This document shows positions 58,785 through 64,000 of a stretch of DNA of 64,000 nt, piece by piece. This DNA comes from Chrysomallon squamiferum (Eukaryota > Animalia > Mollusca), in NCBI GenBank assembly GCA_012295275.1, contig CM022668.1:7192001-7256000 (forward strand). The letters run 5' to 3'. Made by a program: the position numbers and the translations under genes. How positions within the stretch are numbered: position 1 is the stretch's first letter; each line of letters opens with the position of its first letter. The notes beneath the pieces were generated by a model. The model did not search any database. It worked only from the letters and a program-made list of their open reading frames with translations, and was not told the origin of the DNA.

Positions 58785-60714
58785 GTATGTGTTGTGTGTG
58801 TTTGCTTCATTTCAAATGTGAAACACCAGCAGATATAAATAATTAAATGTAATCCTTTATTACCAGCAAATCATAATATCACAAACACATGGTGAAAAAT
58901 AAATTTAAAATTAGGTTGTGATAGATGAAACAATAAATTAAAGAAAAAATTTGAAAAAAAAAGTTGTTTGTTATGTTAAATTTAAAAAAATACATTTCCA
59001 TTTATGTGAAGTAGGTTGATTTATTAAAAACTGAAAAATTATTTGTTGGGTTAAATGTTTAGAAATATATTTACAATTTGTTAGTTGATTTATTTTTAAC
59101 TTAGTGGTAAAAAAATTAAGGTTAATAGTTTCTGTCTGTAATATATTTGATTAAAAACTAATTCTGTTTTCAACAGCTTGGGTATAGAAAATATAAACAT
59201 AGTTTTAAATTTCATTTAAATTATTGTTGTTGTTTGCATCTCTTGAATTCTATTAAGCAGAAAAATCATATAACTATTTTAAACTTTGAAATTTATTTAA
59301 TTGTGATAATTTGTTTTCAAAAGAAAAAAATTCTTTTTTTTTCCAGAGGTTTTTTAATTTTAAAATAATTATATTGATCATACTAATTAATTTGTCATTT
59401 TTATTTGTATACTTACCATTACTGAATGAATTTGTGTGTATTGTCAAAGTACAATAAGACTTGATAATAGTGGATCAATGCTCCTTATTACCAGTTTCAT
59501 ATCACTACCAATTTGACATTATTTATTTATGGTTAAAAAGGTAAACAAAAATTAGTAATATATGGTAGGGAAGGAATTTCAAAACTAAGGGAAGGGATTT
59601 CTGTCAGATGAAGAACTTGGGAAGAATTTCTGTCCAAGAAAGATTTTCAGACTGGGAAATAATTTACATTGTGAACTATATATATATATATAAACATTAT
59701 AATATCTCAATGGTAGTAACCAAAAATGTCTGAATCAGACCTAATTTTGTTTGTTACAGAGCTGTGAAAACTGTGCTCATGGTTCTGTTGTAACCTTTAA
59801 TAACTGTACTAGATGAAAAATCAAAATGGGGAAGGAACTGAGAAGACCTGGGATCACATAGGAGGAGAGTAACGACTGGTTTCAATGAATATTTGTTACC
59901 TATTTCTTTCATAATCATTAATAGTTACTCAATCTTGCTAATTTTGTTTGTGTAACAGTTCAGAACACAACAGTAGTGTACATGAGTGTTTCAAAAGACA
60001 GGGTGTGGCAGTATTTTGGTGGGATACAAGAATCAATATACGTCTGCTTTCAGAACTTTGCACTTTCAAATTTTTTAAAGTCAGAAGCTGTGAATGAAGG
60101 CTTGTAACGTCACAACTAAAAAGTGTTTCACCATGTTCAGTAAGCCTTTTGAATACATATACAGCGTATACTGTACTGTCAACAATCAAGGTGGGGCACA
60201 CGATCTTCATTATTTTTGAATCAAAGTGGAATGTAGGCCAAAAACCCTCGGTGAAGAGATTATGTTTTTAATTGTCAAACCCTAGTACACTCGGGTCACA
60301 GGTTCATACAAAATATATGTTCCAAAAAAATTTGAATTTATTATATTAGAACATTATTAAGTGGATATTTCTGAAAAAAAAATAAGTTCTTGAAAGATAA
60401 ATTATTTTTACCCAATTCTGCAACCCTCACAATTTGATCTCACAAAGATTTGCAGTCAACACAGAGGGGAGGTAACTCTTTTTGGCAAATTCTGCTTGAC
60501 GAAGAAGCCAATTGACTTGTTCCTAACAGGGAGGTTTTCAAGAGGGAGGGGTGGAGTTAACTGCACCCCTGTCAACTCCCCATACTTTGTTTTTTGTTGA
60601 CCTTGTTTCATTATATGATTACTGTACCCAAACATTTATGTGTTGTTAATCTAGGGTAGAATTACCATAAACTGATTTATTATTATTCACTTATTTGTTT
60701 GCATATTATATCAA

Positions 60715-61430
60715 TCAGCTGTATTAATCTGTACTTAAATAAATTATTTTCTTTGCTTTTGTCTGTTTAATGTAAATCCTGTACATTATGTGTCATATAG
60801 GTATTCTAATAATTTTAAGTGGATTAATAAAGATGAAACAGAAGTATATTAATATTTATCTTCTAAATAAATTTCATTCTTTATTTTTCTTTTTTAAATT
60901 TATATCCTAGACATTATAAATGGTAGAGGTATTCCATACTGGTATTTTAATAATTTTAAGTGAATCAATACAGATGAAACAGAAGTATATTAATATTTAT
61001 ATTCTAAATAAGTTATGTTTATTTTTATTTTTTAAATTTAAATCCTATACATCATATATGGTACAGGTATTCCATATATTTTAATAATTTTAAATAGGAT
61101 TAATAAAGATGAAACATATATATTATATTTTTAAAATGGGTTAACAAAGATGAAACAGCTGTATATTAATTTGTATCTGTTAAATAAATTATATTTTTAT
61201 TTATTTATTTTTCATCCTATACATCATACATAGTATATGTATATTAATAATTTTAAATAGATTAATAAAGATAAAACAGAAGTGTATTATTTGTTATCTG
61301 TTATTTATTTTTCTTTGTTTATTTTTCATTCTATACTTACATTTGATACCTGTATTTAGTACACTAATCTTCGCAAACTCAAGTGGATCAGTAAAGGTGA
61401 AAGAGAAATATGTTAATTTGTATCTGTTAT
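60715..61430. repeat. Degenerate ~140-bp tandem repeat
   Basis: aataattttaa...gattaataaagatgaaacagaagtatattaat recurs near 60809, 60950, 61083 and 61246. Confidence 0.75.
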
Positions 61431-62159
61431 ACACAGATTCAGTTTTCTCTTTTCATTATTTATTTTATATTTTAAGATTATATTTATCCAGTGACCAGAA
61501 ATCTGGACCAGTACTGGTCCAATTTTGCTTGATAAGCGGTTCACTGCTTGTACCACATCCATTTCTTATCAGTAATCATATTAATGCAGATAACAGTTAC
61601 TGAATTACTTTACTGATATTTGACAAACTAATGGTCACAAAACAAATTATGTTAAAGTTATCAACTGTGGAATATTTTTAATGTTTATGGAGCAGATCAT
61701 TCATTGGTTTTTGTTTCCTTCTTATAAAATAAATTCCTTTAACTGACCAATGTTTTATTCTGAATGGAGAAAATTCATTACTGGTTGTAACATATAATGA
61801 TACATAGATATATATCTGTTGTTGTAGCATATACTGATATAAATATATCATTATTGGTTGCAATATATATAATGTGATATATTAATATATTCATTATTGG
61901 TTGGTATATATATATATAATATATTTATATTATTGGTTGGTATATCTATAAAAGAATATCAGTATAAACTCCATGGACCTTCTCTATAAATGTATTGTCT
62001 ATATATAAGTAGGACAAAGATGTATGTATATATATGAACTATCTCAACAATAAATTGTCCATGGACCATGTCCAAAAATGAATAATCCATGGACCATCTG
62101 TAAAAATAAATTATTTGTGGACAATAACAAAAATGAATCATTCACGGATCATTTGAAAA

Positions 62160-62482
62160 ATCAGTCCATGGACAATCTCTAAAAATATGATGTCCATAGA
62201 CAGTCTCTAAAAATACCATGTCCATGGACAGTCTCTAAAAATACCATGTCCATGGACAATCTCTAAAAATACCATGTCCATGGACAATCTCTAAAAATAC
62301 CATGTTCATAGACAGTCTCTAAAAATACCATGTCCATGGACAACCTCTAAAAATATCATGTCCATGGACAACCTCTAATAATATCATGTCCATGGACAAC
62401 CTCTAAAAATACCATGTCCATGGACAATCTCTAAAAATATCATGTCCATGGACAACCTCTAAAAATACCATGTCCATGGACC
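62160..62482. repeat. 29-bp minisatellite, ~11 copies, with palindromic core TGTCCATGGACA
   Basis: Unit tgtccatggacaatctctaaaaatacca-like, head to tail; more degenerate copies extend back to ~61970. Confidence 0.95.
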
Positions 62483-63079
62483 TCCTTTTAAGACTTCCAG
62501 GACATGACAGACTCTTAAACTGAAGTTTTAACTTTTCTGCACTAACTGTAGTGCTATTGTCCTTTAATGACATCCTGATTTGTTTGCTTTATTGGTTTAT
62601 GTTTGACAATACACTGCAGTCCACAGTCTCTCTCTCTCTCTCGCTCTGTGTTTTCTCAGATAAAACAGTGAATTCCCAGGCTTCTGCTGTTAATGCATAG
62701 GTTAATACCTGAGTTATTTCCCAAAGGAGAGTTATGCAATCTCTATATGAATTGATTAACTTTATCGTTATGATGATATTATAAAGTGCTTTAAAATGAA
62801 ATCTGGTTTCTGTTTTGGTGTCTCAGACCTCCCCCTTTTGTAACATTTTTTTTTTTTTCTATCGCAGGATGAGGATATTTGTGTTTCAGTAGTGTTTTGT
62901 GTATTGTAAGCTAATAAAAGTAACTGTGTCAGTGTATTAAATAATGAATGGAAAAATAATTTAGACTTGTCAGCCATGAATAGTTCTTTACCGTAAACAG
63001 ATAGAAAATATGAATAAACCTGCACATATACAAGAATATGTACTCCAACACAAATATGTATCTACACACGCCTGGATTT

Positions 63080-63316
63080 GAAAAACACAAATTTATAGAT
63101 ATAGGCCTATACATACATACATACATACATACATACATACATACATACATACATACATACATACATACATACATACATACATACATACATACATACATTC
63201 ATACATATATACATACATACATTCATACATACATACATACATACATAATTGTGTGTTGTATATGTTATGTGTGTGAAAAACAAATTTATAGATATAGGCC
63301 TATATATATGCATATA

Positions 63317-63348
<32 letters not shown>

Positions 63349-63400
63349 CACACACACAAACATAATTGTGTGTTGTGTATGTTGTGTGTGTGTGTGTTTG
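63080..63400. repeat. Tandem duplication enclosing (TACA)n
   Basis: acaaatttatagatataggcctata...(cata)n...cataattgtgtgttgt occurs twice. Confidence 0.85.
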
Positions 63401-64000
63401 AGTTTGTGTTGGCTAGTATTAATAATACATTTTAATTGATTTTCAAGTTTATAAGGTTTAAAAATCAATTGTCTGAATAAAAGTTTAAAAATACGTTGTT
63501 GACTAGGATGTCTCTTGATTTGAAATATTATTAAATATTTACTGTTTACTGATGCTACATTTAGTTTCTAACAAAATTAAAAAACAAAAAGTTTAAACTA
63601 TATTGTTTAATAACACTAGATTTAAAATTTAAAAAAAAAGAAAGAAATTAAATATAAAAGTTTATAATGTATTGTTAATTGACAGAACTATTTTAGAAAT
63701 GTGTTTTTTCAATGACATATATTGAGATAAATATCTAAAGCACATCTGTTAATGCTTGTGATGCATATTCATTATAATCACATTTCTGCCTGTGTTTTTA
63801 ATAAAACATATAGAGTTCAATGACCTGTCTTTATTTCACAGATAAAAGTGATATTCATTATCCATACAGAGTTTATTTGTCTCTTTGTCATAGCTTCCAG
63901 GTAATTTAATTTAAGCTGATATAAATGAACTGAATGAATAAATGAAAATAAAGATCTGTGTTTTCAACAACAATACAATCATAACATTAACAATAGCAGT

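Noticed and set aside
62160-62482. Possible CRISPR array (palindromic 29-bp repeats)
   Set aside because: No unique spacers; it is a tandem minisatellite.

Overview
AT-rich, microsatellite-dense eukaryotic (invertebrate, probably molluscan) genomic DNA, not prokaryotic; almost all ORFs in the track are simple-repeat artefacts. Real content: (1) the first three coding exons of a minus-strand class A GPCR of the CCAP/neuropeptide S receptor type (25101-25021, 9342-9207, 3063-2866, continuing beyond the window start). Its intron 1 holds a decayed RNase H-containing LINE and minisatellites. (2) A divergently oriented plus-strand gene for a small secreted PAN/apple-like + EGF-like protein (47638-47964, 48787-48877). 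It is followed by three homologous candidate terminal exons (51444, 52657, 52972), each adding exactly six different residues before TGA. This is the best candidate for an undescribed system. (3) A probable promoter/first exon near 55.5-56.3 kb, followed by CpG-depleted sequence that suggests the methylated body of a third gene. Also present: a nested pair of hAT-type MITEs, SINE-like fragments, an inverted repeat pair bracketing receptor exon 2, many tandem repeats, and at least 16 perfect CRE palindromes. All calls were made by eye, without alignment or database tools.
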